Assembly: GCA_903917955.1 (NCBI GenBank)
Contig: CAIXCO010000280.1
Coordinates: 3,450-67,449 of the forward strand
Reading direction: 5' to 3'
DNA length: 64,000 bases
Source of the DNA: an uncultured Chlorobiaceae bacterium
GTDB lineage: Bacteria > Bacteroidota > Chlorobiia > Chlorobiales > Chlorobiaceae
Part shown: in pieces, positions 45,679 to 54,695 of the stretch
Numbering within the stretch: position 1 is the first letter of the stretch
How the letters are laid out: each line of letters starts with the position of its first letter
Notes under the pieces: generated by a model
Databases searched by the model: none
Seen by the model: only the letters and a program-made list of their open reading frames with translations
What the model was told of the DNA's origin: nothing
Made by a program: the position numbers and the translations under genes

Positions 45679-47031
45679 TCAACAGACTTTCCCCTCTTTC
45701 TGGAACTCTCTTTCAATTCCTGCCTTGATCCTCCCGATGGTAATTTCTTTTGCATTACTGGCCAGCGCATCAATACAACAGAACTGTACCACGTTAACTA
45801 TACTTGCTCCGCTGATCTCATACTTCTTTGCAATTTCCATCAGTTCTGCTGCACCCGGAACGTTGAGGCTGTTTTTAGGGGGAAACGCTTTCTGCCAGAT
45901 CGAAAGCCGTTCTTCAAGTCGCGGCAAAGGAAAATAGATCACCGACTGGAAACGCCGGATAAAGGCGTCGTCAATGTTGGATCTGAAATTTGAAGCAAGG
46001 ATAACCAGACCATCGTGGCACTCTATACGCTGCAAAAGATACGCCACCTCCTGATTGGCATACTTGTCGTGGGCGTCGCGAATATTGGTTCTTTTGCCAA
46101 AGAGAGCATCCGCTTCGTCGAAAAACAAAATCCAGTTTTTTTTCTTTGAGCGCTCAAAAAGTTGTGCAAGATTTTTTTCGGTTTCACCGATAAACTTGGA
46201 CACCACCATGGAGAGATCGATCCGGAAAACTTCCCTTCCGGTTTTTTTCCCAAGAATCATTGCTGCAAGTGTCTTTCCCGTACCCGGTGGACCGTGAAAC
46301 AAAACCCTGTACCCCGGCTTCAGCAATCGCTTCATGTTCCACTCTTGCATCATCACCTCTTGGTATCGCAACCAATTCTCAAGTTCCTTCAGTTGTGAAA
46401 ACGTACTTGCAGGCAGTACCAGATCGTTTTCCGTTAAATCGGTGGTAATGTATTCAGCCGGAAAATCCATCGACATCCGGGGGCGCACAAATTTCCCCTG
46501 AACAAACAGTTCAAGGTAGTCATTCGCCATTACAAGCTTGCCACTCAGGTGGGGCTCACCTTGCTCCGACTCATCCAGCCAGATGAGACGATTCTGCGCA
46601 AAAAAGTGTTCCGAACCGAAAAGTTTGAGATAGTCGAAGCGCTGATGCAGACTGTTTCCAGCCAGAATAAATAATGCCGTCTCCCCTGTTGGCAAAAAAC
46701 CGCGGAATTGTTTGCCCCGAACACCGCCGATCTGTGGAAAATCGCCGACCTGCGAGAAGTGCTGAGCGATGACCGTATCAAAAAAATTCGGCTGGACATG
46801 CGGGGCAAGGGCAAGCAACAGAACAATGATCTCCTCGGGGCACAATTGATTCGCCAGAATAAAGGTGGATAGTTCAGAATCATCTTTCACCGATACGATT
46901 TTCTTTATATCCACCAGTTTTGGAGGCATATTTCCCGGTTCAAAAAAGTGTTTTAGTCGCTGCCTGAAAATCTCAGCAAGAAAGTCAAGGTAACGTGTTA
47001 CCGCAAAGGCATTCTTTTCGGAGGATGTCAT
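45679..47031 (-). CDS. eCIS AAA+ ATPase (Afp15/Pvc15-like)
   Basis: GPPGTGKT, DLSMVVSKFIGETEKNL, FFDEADALFGKR, DAHDKYANQE; start at MTSSEK. Confidence 0.88.
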   Translation of the reverse strand: MTSSEKNAFAVTRYLDFLAEIFRQRLKHFFEPGNMPPKLVDIKKIVSVKDDSELSTFILANQLCPEEIIVLLLALAPHVQPNFFDTVIAQHFSQVGDFPQIGGVRGKQFRGFLPTGETALFILAGNSLHQRFDYLKLFGSEHFFAQNRLIWLDESEQGEPHLSGKLVMANDYLELFVQGKFVRPRMSMDFPAEYITTDLTENDLVLPASTFSQLKELENWLRYQEVMMQEWNMKRLLKPGYRVLFHGPPGTGKTLAAMILGKKTGREVFRIDLSMVVSKFIGETEKNLAQLFERSKKKNWILFFDEADALFGKRTNIRDAHDKYANQEVAYLLQRIECHDGLVILASNFRSNIDDAFIRRFQSVIYFPLPRLEERLSIWQKAFPPKNSLNVPGAAELMEIAKKYEISGASIVNVVQFCCIDALASNAKEITIGRIKAGIEREFQKEGKVC

Positions 47032-47096
47032 GATCGCAACGCTTTCGACTTTTGGTGTCAGAAATTCAAAGGCTGTTTTTCTCTTCCCCGATATTC
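46845..47096. repeat. Diverged ~250-bp direct repeat, copy A (5' end of the AAA ATPase gene)
   Basis: Aligns with 48081-48333 at an offset of ~1236 nt. Confidence 0.9.
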
Positions 47097-47221
47097 GCCT
47101 GGCCAGAGGATAACCTTGATAGTGATAAAAAATTATCAGGTAACCATACGCCAGTAACATTGATTCGAAATACGCTCCCGCTCCTCGGGCATAGGTGAAT
47201 ATCAGTACCCGATTTGCTGCT

Positions 47222-47983
47222 TTACGCGTCGGGCACTTCTCCAAATCCCAATAATTTGTCCATGCGACTGAATACATAACTGAAGCCCTGCACATTGGGA
47301 CTTTTATTACCTTCAATTGTATACAAAAAGCCATCTTTTAACTGATGAACCAAGCCAATATGCCCTTTACCGCTTGAGGGCTGGTCACGCCACCAGACCA
47401 CAATATCGCCGGGCTTTGGCGCATAACCACTACCTGGTTTATTGGCCCAACCGCGTTGTTGAAATGCACGCAAAATATCGCGGGCACCAACTTTATAAGG
47501 ATAAGGAGAACCTGCCGGATGCTGAGAGAAACAATAACTCACAAAGCCGGCACACCAGGGATTTCCCTCCGGCACTATGCCATGCAGATATTTTTTTACA
47601 AACGGTCCGCAATTGTTTCCGCCAACTTCACCAGCCCCTGATTTTAATTCACTGATCGCAATCTGCAGAGCTGCTCTTCCCCGTGCGCTGCCTCCCATAG
47701 CTTCCGGTGGCATAACCTTATAATCAACAGCACTATGAGTCTCAATCAATGGCTTGGGATTTGTAAGGCTCCACCAGCTAAGATCGCCCACTTTGCCATC
47801 CACAACTAAAGGTTGACCCTGTTTATCCAAATTTTGCGCCTGAAAAGCCCGTACCGCCTGATAGGTTGCGTTATCGAACAGCCCATTAATTTCTTCGTTA
47901 GTCAAAAAGCCTTTATCCATCAACAAGGTTTGCAATTCTTTGACCTCAGAACCTTGATCACCTTTTTTTAATAGTACGGACAT
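47222..47983 (-). CDS. Peptidoglycan-binding domain + CHAP amidase
   Basis: LKKGDQGSEVKELQ..L, AVRAFQ, VDGKVG; PWCAGFVS, PGDIV, GHIGLV, TIEGN. Confidence 0.88.
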   Translation of the reverse strand: MSVLLKKGDQGSEVKELQTLLMDKGFLTNEEINGLFDNATYQAVRAFQAQNLDKQGQPLVVDGKVGDLSWWSLTNPKPLIETHSAVDYKVMPPEAMGGSARGRAALQIAISELKSGAGEVGGNNCGPFVKKYLHGIVPEGNPWCAGFVSYCFSQHPAGSPYPYKVGARDILRAFQQRGWANKPGSGYAPKPGDIVVWWRDQPSSGKGHIGLVHQLKDGFLYTIEGNKSPNVQGFSYVFSRMDKLLGFGEVPDA

Positions 47984-48078
47984 TTTACTCTCCCGAGTTT
48001 GATATTATTATGCAATCAATTTTACTTAGGACTTACCGAACAAATCGTTTCTAACAAGCTTATACCCTTTTCATAGTG

Positions 48079-48267
48079 CTATTGGTGACTGAAAATAAAA
48101 GTCGATAGTTCGCAATCATCTTTTATCAATACGATCTTTTTTACATCCAGCCGTTTTCGAAGATGGTTACCAATATCGAATGAGTGCTTAAACCGCTGCC
48201 TGAAAATCTCAACCAGAAAGTCAATGTAACGTGTTACCGCAAGGGCATTTTTTTCGGAAGCGGTCAT
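48079..48267 (-). pseudogene. Truncated paralogue of the eCIS AAA ATPase N-terminus (repeat copy B)
   Basis: MTASEKNALAVTRYIDFL versus MTSSEKNAFAVTRYLDFL; stops after 62 aa. Confidence 0.85.
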
Positions 48268-48293
48268 AATCGCAACGCTTTCAACTTTTGGTG

Positions 48294-48545
48294 TCAGGAA
48301 TTCAACGGCTGTTTTTTCTCTTCTCCGATTTTGGCTTTGCTGATAGCCGGGGTATTTTCTTTCTGTTCATCTGAAGCCGCTTTACGAATAGTCTGTACCT
48401 GCTCTTCGGTTTCACCTTGTTTTGCCTGAGCCTGGAAAAATGCACCCTCTCCAGAATGGCCGTTATCCGGCGAAAAGAATGGTTGCTGGCTCTTAACCGG
48501 TGGCTGTTCCTGCCGTTGAAGCGGTCGTTTTGAAAATTTTTTCAT
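48294..48545 (-). CDS. Small hydrophilic protein resembling DUF4157-protein N-terminal leaders
   Basis: ATGA overlap with the TPR gene, GAGG RBS; PFFSPD...AFFQAQ motif. Confidence 0.55.
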   Translation of the reverse strand: MKKFSKRPLQRQEQPPVKSQQPFFSPDNGHSGEGAFFQAQAKQGETEEQVQTIRKAASDEQKENTPAISKAKIGEEKKQPLNS

Positions 48546-49525
48546 GGTAGCACCTCAGGGATTGATTTCAGCAGTTCTACTGCCTTCTGTTTATAGTCAT
48601 CGTTGTCGCTCTCAATGGTTTGAAGCAACATTCTTTTGGCCAATTTGACATCACCTCTTTGCAACATGAGAACGCCTTTATAATAGAGTGCCTTTGAATT
48701 TTGCGGCTCCTGCTCAAGAGTAATCGTGAAATGCTCAAGGGCTGATTCCGCGTCACCAGCCGATAGCTCAATAACTGCAAGGTTATTGCGTGCATCAGTA
48801 TGGCTTGGCTCCAGAAGAAGAATCCGGCGAAGCTCAGCCACAGCTTCCTCGCTTTGACCGGTTTTAAGATAGGCCATTGCCAGGTTGTGACGTACCTCGG
48901 CATCCTCCGGCGTGAGTCCCAGCGCCCGCTTGAAGCACTTGATTGCCGAGCCAAAATCATATTTGACAAAATAGATAATGCCCAAAAGTGAATAAAGTCG
49001 AGGGTTCTCCTCTTCAAGTGGAAGTGCTCGATTCAACTCTTCGAGCGCTTCATCCAGTTTCCGTTGCTGAATCAGAGAGTAAGCCAGATTCAAAAGAATA
49101 CCCGATTCGGGTTTGATAAGGTAACTCCTCTTCCAGTGATACTCCGACCTCTCACTCTCTCCCTTCAACATAAAGAGCTTGGCAAGACTTTCATGAGCAT
49201 AAAATTCATCGGCATTAAGCGATAAGGCTTTTGTTAAAACCTCTTCAGCCTCATCCCATCGCTGCATCAGCAGATAAAGCTGACCGAGGTTGCTATATGC
49301 GGTGGAATAGCCCTTGTCGAGTTCTATTGAGCGAAAGTATTCCTTTTCGGACTCCCCAAAACGCTGAAGTTGCATCAAAAGAAAGCCCAGGTTGTTGTGG
49401 GCCACGGCGCTGGACTGATCAAGTTCAAGAGCCTGTCGATAGCGTTCTTCAGCTTCCGGAAAATTCCCTGAAAGGTGAAGCGCAGCCCCTTCTTTCAGTA
49501 ATCTCTTCATCTCTTCGTTCATCAC
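48542..49525 (-). CDS. Tetratricopeptide repeat protein
   Basis: Multiple TPRs (AHNNLG, AYSNLG, HNLAMAY, ARNNLA). Confidence 0.9.
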   Translation of the reverse strand: MMNEEMKRLLKEGAALHLSGNFPEAEERYRQALELDQSSAVAHNNLGFLLMQLQRFGESEKEYFRSIELDKGYSTAYSNLGQLYLLMQRWDEAEEVLTKALSLNADEFYAHESLAKLFMLKGESERSEYHWKRSYLIKPESGILLNLAYSLIQQRKLDEALEELNRALPLEEENPRLYSLLGIIYFVKYDFGSAIKCFKRALGLTPEDAEVRHNLAMAYLKTGQSEEAVAELRRILLLEPSHTDARNNLAVIELSAGDAESALEHFTITLEQEPQNSKALYYKGVLMLQRGDVKLAKRMLLQTIESDNDDYKQKAVELLKSIPEVLP

Positions 49526-49542
49526 AGCAGCACTGTTTAAGT

Positions 49543-52500
49543 TTAGAATTCATTGACCAGCGGATCGACAATCTGCTCCCTGACCTTTTTTGTCATATCA
49601 TCAAGACTGGGATAGGTGAATTTGAGGTTTTCAAATGCAACATCCGCCTTGCCATCCTTATAAGCCAACGGGAATTCGAAACCAATTTCCAGCCCCGTAT
49701 CAATCTCTTTCTTGAAAAGCGGCCATTGCCAGGTCTTCGAGATTTCAAGTGGCCACACTCCGGCCGAGGCTCTGACGAAGAGATCGCCGCTGAAACCGAG
49801 AATGGCGGCTACCTTGGCATTGACAAGCCCGTTGAGCTCAAACCCGGTTTTTGGCGAATATTTCACCTCGGTATGAAACACTGGCTGCTTAGCTGCCGCT
49901 TTGATGAAGGCTGAAAGGTTGATGCCGCCGGTCAGTGAGGCAATGGCGATACTGGCTGAAAGCCCGAAGTCAACTCCGGCCCTGATACCCGCCTCAGCGA
50001 TGAATTCAAAATCGGCACCCCCGGTGATCGACATCTCATCCGGGTGGGCGGGATTGTAGGTAATCTCAGCAGCCACCTTGGTCAGGCTGCCCGGCCCAAT
50101 CTGAACATCGGCCTCCAGCCTGGGGGTAATCACCGCTTCTATGCCTATGGTAGCCACCCCCAAAGGAATACCAAACAGCGGAATATGGATCGGTGGAATG
50201 GTGATGAGGGGTTTGTTTTCCACACTGAAAAGCTTGGGCACAACCTCCAGCTTCTCCGGAAGCTTGATGCCGCCCTTGACTTCAATCTCGCCGTTTTCCA
50301 GCAGTGTTACCCCGGCGTTCACCACAAGTTTGTCGGTAATCTTCAACTCCAGATCGCTTTTGCCGTAAACCTTGTAGTCCGGAAGGGCTTCACCGGTAGG
50401 CTTGCTCTCGGCATTGATGGCCCGGTTGGTGATCCCGATGTTCAAGTTTCCTTTAAGGCGACCCTTCTCATAGGAGGCCCTAGCATCGACGAGGAAAATA
50501 TCGTTATGGAATTCAAAGTCAACCTGTGTGTCGATTCCTGGTATATCGGGGGTAATCTTGCCCTTGCCGCTGAAATCGTACTCTTCGCCTTTTTTGATGA
50601 GGTTTAGCTTGCCTTCACCATCCTTGATTCCGGGAAGTTTCCCGATCTTGACACTGCCTTCAATCTCCGAGCTCTCTTCAGAGAACTTGATCTTCAGCGT
50701 TACATCCTTGACTCCCTTCAGAGTAACTTCCGCTGTTCCGTTGGCTTCCAGAAGATTATTGGCATAAGCAACGTTGATTGTTGCCGAGTTGATTCCTTTG
50801 ACGCTGCCGTTACCAATTTGAAGCACGCCACTGGCCGACCATCCATCCTTATTGTTGTACTCTACCTCAATGCCAGCAGCACCTTTTTTGAAGAGCTTCG
50901 GGTCAAAATCAAAACGACCCTTGATACCAAAATCCCCATTGCTCTTTCCCAGGCCGGAGATCTGCCCCTTACCGAGTTTACTGATCTCGAAGAATACGTC
51001 ACCTTCAACAAAGACCCCCTTGTTGCCAGCGCCGATAGTAAGCAGGGCATCGTTGATTTTGAATGGCGGCGGAACCTTGATTTCCCCAGCAGTGATGGTT
51101 TTGCTGATGCCGAACTCATCGCCTTCCATGAAGAAATCCAGATCGATTCCTTTGATAATATCCAGGGTCGGATGGATCCTTCCTTTAACAGCCAATCCCT
51201 TATCCTTCAAAAACTGCGCACTGTCAACCGTGACCGGGCTCATGCCCGGCAGTTCAAGGCCGACAAGGAGTTGTTCAAGTCCGCCTTTTCCTTTTTGGCC
51301 CTTTCTGGGTATTGAACCACCATGATCAACACCGTCCATTTTATGGATAGGGATTTTAATTTTTTTTTCTTTTCCTTTACTCCCATAAAAATTGAACTTA
51401 GCTTCAAAACTCCCAACTTCATCTCCCACATTTTTTCCGGCTGCGCTTCCGAATTGCGGCGGCTCAAACTTTATCTGCGGGTTACTGTTGTTTAAAGCAA
51501 GAATATCCGCCTTTTTCATTGCCGTACCTCCAATTGGCGAGGTATATATGGTTTCGTCACCGTCCTTTCCCTTTATTGCATCCATATCACTCGTTTCCAT
51601 CGGCTCGAAATGCTCAAGATGCTTTCCTGCTTCAATTTCATCCAATTTCCAGTAATACTCCGCAAAAGATGCTTTTGTAAATCTTGCTTCAGCATCATTG
51701 AACTGGATATTGCTAAAGGTGATCTTATACTTTTTTTTTGCGTCCTCTATTGCAGGAAGTTTTTGCTTACTATCAAGAGCCTGTTTTTTTGCATCTTCTG
51801 AAGCGAGAAAGTTGTTGACAAGCCGTTCGATTGAACCAGCAAGTAACGCTCCTGCGGAACGGTTGGCCGAGATATTCAACAGTTCCATGTTGTCAGGTGT
51901 ATTCGTACCACCGATCTGCAACTCCTGGATATGATCAACATCGTAGGCTGAGGCTTTGCCATCCCTGCTCCAGGTCGGGACAAGGGCATTATCAGCCAAG
52001 GTCTTTTGGGTGCCGATAAGCTTTAATGTGCCCCATTTCAGGTAGTAACAAAAGGAGCCGCCCTCCTCTTTGTAAGCATTTTTGGCTTTGGCTTTTTCTG
52101 CTAACTTTTCCACCCCCTTCTTAACGTTGGGCTCAACCTTCTTCTCCCATTCTGCGCTCTGGTTTGTAACTGTCCTTTTGTAGTTTTTCGTACGGGTGAC
52201 AGGGGCAACATTCTTACCACTATTTCGCTCTCTGAATTTGGGGAGATAAAGTGTTTCTCCTATAACAATATCTTCGTTAAAGTCGATCGTTGACTTTTTA
52301 TCGGACAGCGGATTTCCTGTTTTCTGCACCTGCTTCTGCAAACCCTCCTGCTGCTGCACTGTATGCGTCAGTTCATGGGCAAGAAGGTGTTTGCCCGAAG
52401 AGGTGTCGGGATTGTATTTGCCTTCGTTGAAATAGATGTCGCTTCCGTGCGTAAAAGCCTGGGCATTCAGGTTTTGGCTCAACTGGGTAGCTTCGCCGCC

Positions 52501-53007
52501 CGTATGGAGCTTAACACCGCTGAAATCCTTGCCGAAGCCGCTTTCCATTTCGCCCCGCGTCTTGTTGTCCATCGGGGAACCCTGACCTTTTGATGCCTGC
52601 AACTGGCTTTCAATATTGCTTGATTCTGCGGCCCCGCTCTCCTCTTTCTCCTTTTTCTGCACATTGGCGTTCTGCTCACCGTCACTCTCAAAAAAGGGTT
52701 TGCGGTGAATATCGCGTTCCAGCTCGCCATTGGGCTCCTCTTTTTTGCTCAGCCGCTCTTCCTGCTCACCAGGTTTGGTTGCAGGCGCCGACACTGGTGG
52801 GGCCGACTGACTCACGACCTTGTCGGCCATGGCATCAGCCTGCTGCTCGTATGGATCTCCACGTTCACCAACTTTCAGTTTTGCCTGTATACCCTGAGCA
52901 TTGAAAAACGATGATTTTTTGTCAGACGAAAAAAACTGCTCCCTTTTGCCTGAAATCTCTTTCGGCTGAGAGCTGTTGGACGGAGGAGCCTTAACCGTTT
53001 CTTTCAT
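49543..53007 (-). CDS. DUF4157 (eCIS core) domain protein with HNH-like motif; putative effector
   Basis: IQAKLKVG...EQQADAMADKV, DFSGVKLH, AQAFTHGSDIYF, LLAHELTHTVQQ; YDVDHIQELQIGG...N...N. Confidence 0.85.
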   Translation of the reverse strand: MKETVKAPPSNSSQPKEISGKREQFFSSDKKSSFFNAQGIQAKLKVGERGDPYEQQADAMADKVVSQSAPPVSAPATKPGEQEERLSKKEEPNGELERDIHRKPFFESDGEQNANVQKKEKEESGAAESSNIESQLQASKGQGSPMDNKTRGEMESGFGKDFSGVKLHTGGEATQLSQNLNAQAFTHGSDIYFNEGKYNPDTSSGKHLLAHELTHTVQQQEGLQKQVQKTGNPLSDKKSTIDFNEDIVIGETLYLPKFRERNSGKNVAPVTRTKNYKRTVTNQSAEWEKKVEPNVKKGVEKLAEKAKAKNAYKEEGGSFCYYLKWGTLKLIGTQKTLADNALVPTWSRDGKASAYDVDHIQELQIGGTNTPDNMELLNISANRSAGALLAGSIERLVNNFLASEDAKKQALDSKQKLPAIEDAKKKYKITFSNIQFNDAEARFTKASFAEYYWKLDEIEAGKHLEHFEPMETSDMDAIKGKDGDETIYTSPIGGTAMKKADILALNNSNPQIKFEPPQFGSAAGKNVGDEVGSFEAKFNFYGSKGKEKKIKIPIHKMDGVDHGGSIPRKGQKGKGGLEQLLVGLELPGMSPVTVDSAQFLKDKGLAVKGRIHPTLDIIKGIDLDFFMEGDEFGISKTITAGEIKVPPPFKINDALLTIGAGNKGVFVEGDVFFEISKLGKGQISGLGKSNGDFGIKGRFDFDPKLFKKGAAGIEVEYNNKDGWSASGVLQIGNGSVKGINSATINVAYANNLLEANGTAEVTLKGVKDVTLKIKFSEESSEIEGSVKIGKLPGIKDGEGKLNLIKKGEEYDFSGKGKITPDIPGIDTQVDFEFHNDIFLVDARASYEKGRLKGNLNIGITNRAINAESKPTGEALPDYKVYGKSDLELKITDKLVVNAGVTLLENGEIEVKGGIKLPEKLEVVPKLFSVENKPLITIPPIHIPLFGIPLGVATIGIEAVITPRLEADVQIGPGSLTKVAAEITYNPAHPDEMSITGGADFEFIAEAGIRAGVDFGLSASIAIASLTGGINLSAFIKAAAKQPVFHTEVKYSPKTGFELNGLVNAKVAAILGFSGDLFVRASAGVWPLEISKTWQWPLFKKEIDTGLEIGFEFPLAYKDGKADVAFENLKFTYPSLDDMTKKVREQIVDPLVNEF

Positions 53008-53027
53008 ATTTTTATGCAGATGCAGGT

Positions 53028-54695
53028 TTATGCAAACCAGTCAACAAACAGTGGACGCTCCAGCCAGGAAAGCTTGATAATCCCGTAACCCCAGGGAAGA
53101 AAGCTCAGCAGAACATCGTGAGTTTTGTTTTCAACCACAAGCCGGTTCTGGAAATCGTCCAGCACCAGTTTCCCGGATCTTTGAAGAAACCCTTCACGCA
53201 GGCCGTCAGGCGAGGTGTTTTTCAGAGCCTTCCAATGCCCGATGGCCGCCTGCAAGAGCGTTTCGCATTCATCTTTCATGGACTCGCCAACGGTTACAAA
53301 GCGCTCAACAGGTTCATCCAGCTCAGCGCCGCAAAGGAATTTTTCAAATGTCAACAGATGCTCGGCAGGAGAGTCCTCTCCAGTGGCAAGGAAACAGAGA
53401 AGGTGAATGGCAATGTTCCTTGATCTTTCATTCTTGAATCTACCATCCTTCAGCAAATCAAATTCCTTAAAAAAGCTCTCCATAAAAGGATGCAAAAGCA
53501 CCAGCCCTGCGTGATCAACATAAATTCCATCTTCTTCCCCTTCCCGGCTCTTGCTCTTTCCTAAATGTTTTTCAGACGGTGGCGTTGATCTTTTTTTCAA
53601 TTCTTGCGCCTCTGAGTGTACTGCCGCAGAGATGGCCTTAACGCTCTTGCTGTCAACAGGCTCTGAACCCTTGACCAGTTGACACAGGCTCCTGAGAAGA
53701 ACAGCATCCTGCAATCCGGATGCCGAGAGCAAGGCGAACCGTTCTTCAGGGCTTGTCTGCTTCAGAAAATATTCAAGCAGCAAAGCAAACTCTTTCGTGG
53801 AGTAACCCGACTTTCCATCATGCACATCCTGATTGATTTTTTGCAGAACAGCATCCGGCAATCCAGACGCCGAGAAAAAGGAGAGCCGTTCTTCAAGGCT
53901 TGACTGCTTCAGAAAATATTCAAGCAGCAAAGCAAACTCTTCCGGGGAGTAACCCGACTTTCCATCATGCACATCCTGATTGATTTTTTGCAGAACAGCA
54001 TCCGGCAATCCGGATGCCGAAAAAAAGGAGAGCCGTTCTTCAGGGCTTAATTGCATCAGGAGATTATCAAGAAGCAGAGCGATTTCTTCCTTCTCCAACT
54101 CCAGTTTCACCCTTCCCTGAAACAAGAACATGGTAATTTGTATGACAAACCACCGGGGAAATTGCTTGACCAATCGCTCGACGGCCCTTTTTTCAGTCCT
54201 GAACAACCCAATCAGGCGATCAATTCTCTCCTGATGCATACACCGGGTCAATTCCATGAGCATCTCCTCCTTCAATAAATCGTCCGAATTGCCGCTCCAC
54301 CAGGGCCGTCTGCCTGTTTCAAGAAAAAAGAGGAAAAACTCAAAGAGTCTCTCTTCGGCTGAGATAGAAGGAATTGAAACATCTGTGTTTTCAGCATTTT
54401 TCACCGGGATCGGGGTCATCAACAGCTCTATCTTTTCTCGGAAAGAGCAGAGCGCCAATTCTGAAAATCCTGCATCAAACCGAGAAGGGTCAAGAGATTG
54501 CAAATCAAGGTCAAGCCGGTCAAGACGGATGGTCACATCACCGGAAAGCTGTTTATCAAGCCACCCTTCCAGATCCGGAAGAATCCTATGGTAAAACAGA
54601 TGCAGTGCCTTGTCCTGCAAGGGTTTTGCAGATTTCTCGTCAGGCGCATCGATAGTGATATTGACGCGATGAATGATGTGGCGCTCATTACCCAT
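53028..54695 (-). CDS. Contractile injection system tape measure protein (Afp14-like)
   Basis: HIIHRV, FLETG..PWW, HAGLVLLHPF, IGHWKALKNTSPDGLREGFLQR, DVLL..LPW. Confidence 0.85.
   Translation of the reverse strand: MGNERHIIHRVNITIDAPDEKSAKPLQDKALHLFYHRILPDLEGWLDKQLSGDVTIRLDRLDLDLQSLDPSRFDAGFSELALCSFREKIELLMTPIPVKNAENTDVSIPSISAEERLFEFFLFFLETGRRPWWSGNSDDLLKEEMLMELTRCMHQERIDRLIGLFRTEKRAVERLVKQFPRWFVIQITMFLFQGRVKLELEKEEIALLLDNLLMQLSPEERLSFFSASGLPDAVLQKINQDVHDGKSGYSPEEFALLLEYFLKQSSLEERLSFFSASGLPDAVLQKINQDVHDGKSGYSTKEFALLLEYFLKQTSPEERFALLSASGLQDAVLLRSLCQLVKGSEPVDSKSVKAISAAVHSEAQELKKRSTPPSEKHLGKSKSREGEEDGIYVDHAGLVLLHPFMESFFKEFDLLKDGRFKNERSRNIAIHLLCFLATGEDSPAEHLLTFEKFLCGAELDEPVERFVTVGESMKDECETLLQAAIGHWKALKNTSPDGLREGFLQRSGKLVLDDFQNRLVVENKTHDVLLSFLPWGYGIIKLSWLERPLFVDWFA
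53695..54047. repeat. In-frame 147-bp (49-aa) tandem repeat, ~2.4 copies, in the tape measure gene
   Basis: acagcatcc recurs at 53701, 53848 and 53995; unit SPEERLSFFSASGLPDAVLQKINQDVHDGKSGYSPEEFALLLEYFLKQS. Confidence 0.93.

Noticed and set aside
47032-47334. 101-aa N-terminal extension of the eCIS ATPase in the ORF track
   Set aside because: It overlaps the amidase gene, and the paralogous copy B starts at the equivalent MT.SEKN methionine.
53695-54047. CRISPR array
   Set aside because: The repeats are contiguous in-frame coding units with no unique spacers; no cas genes are present.
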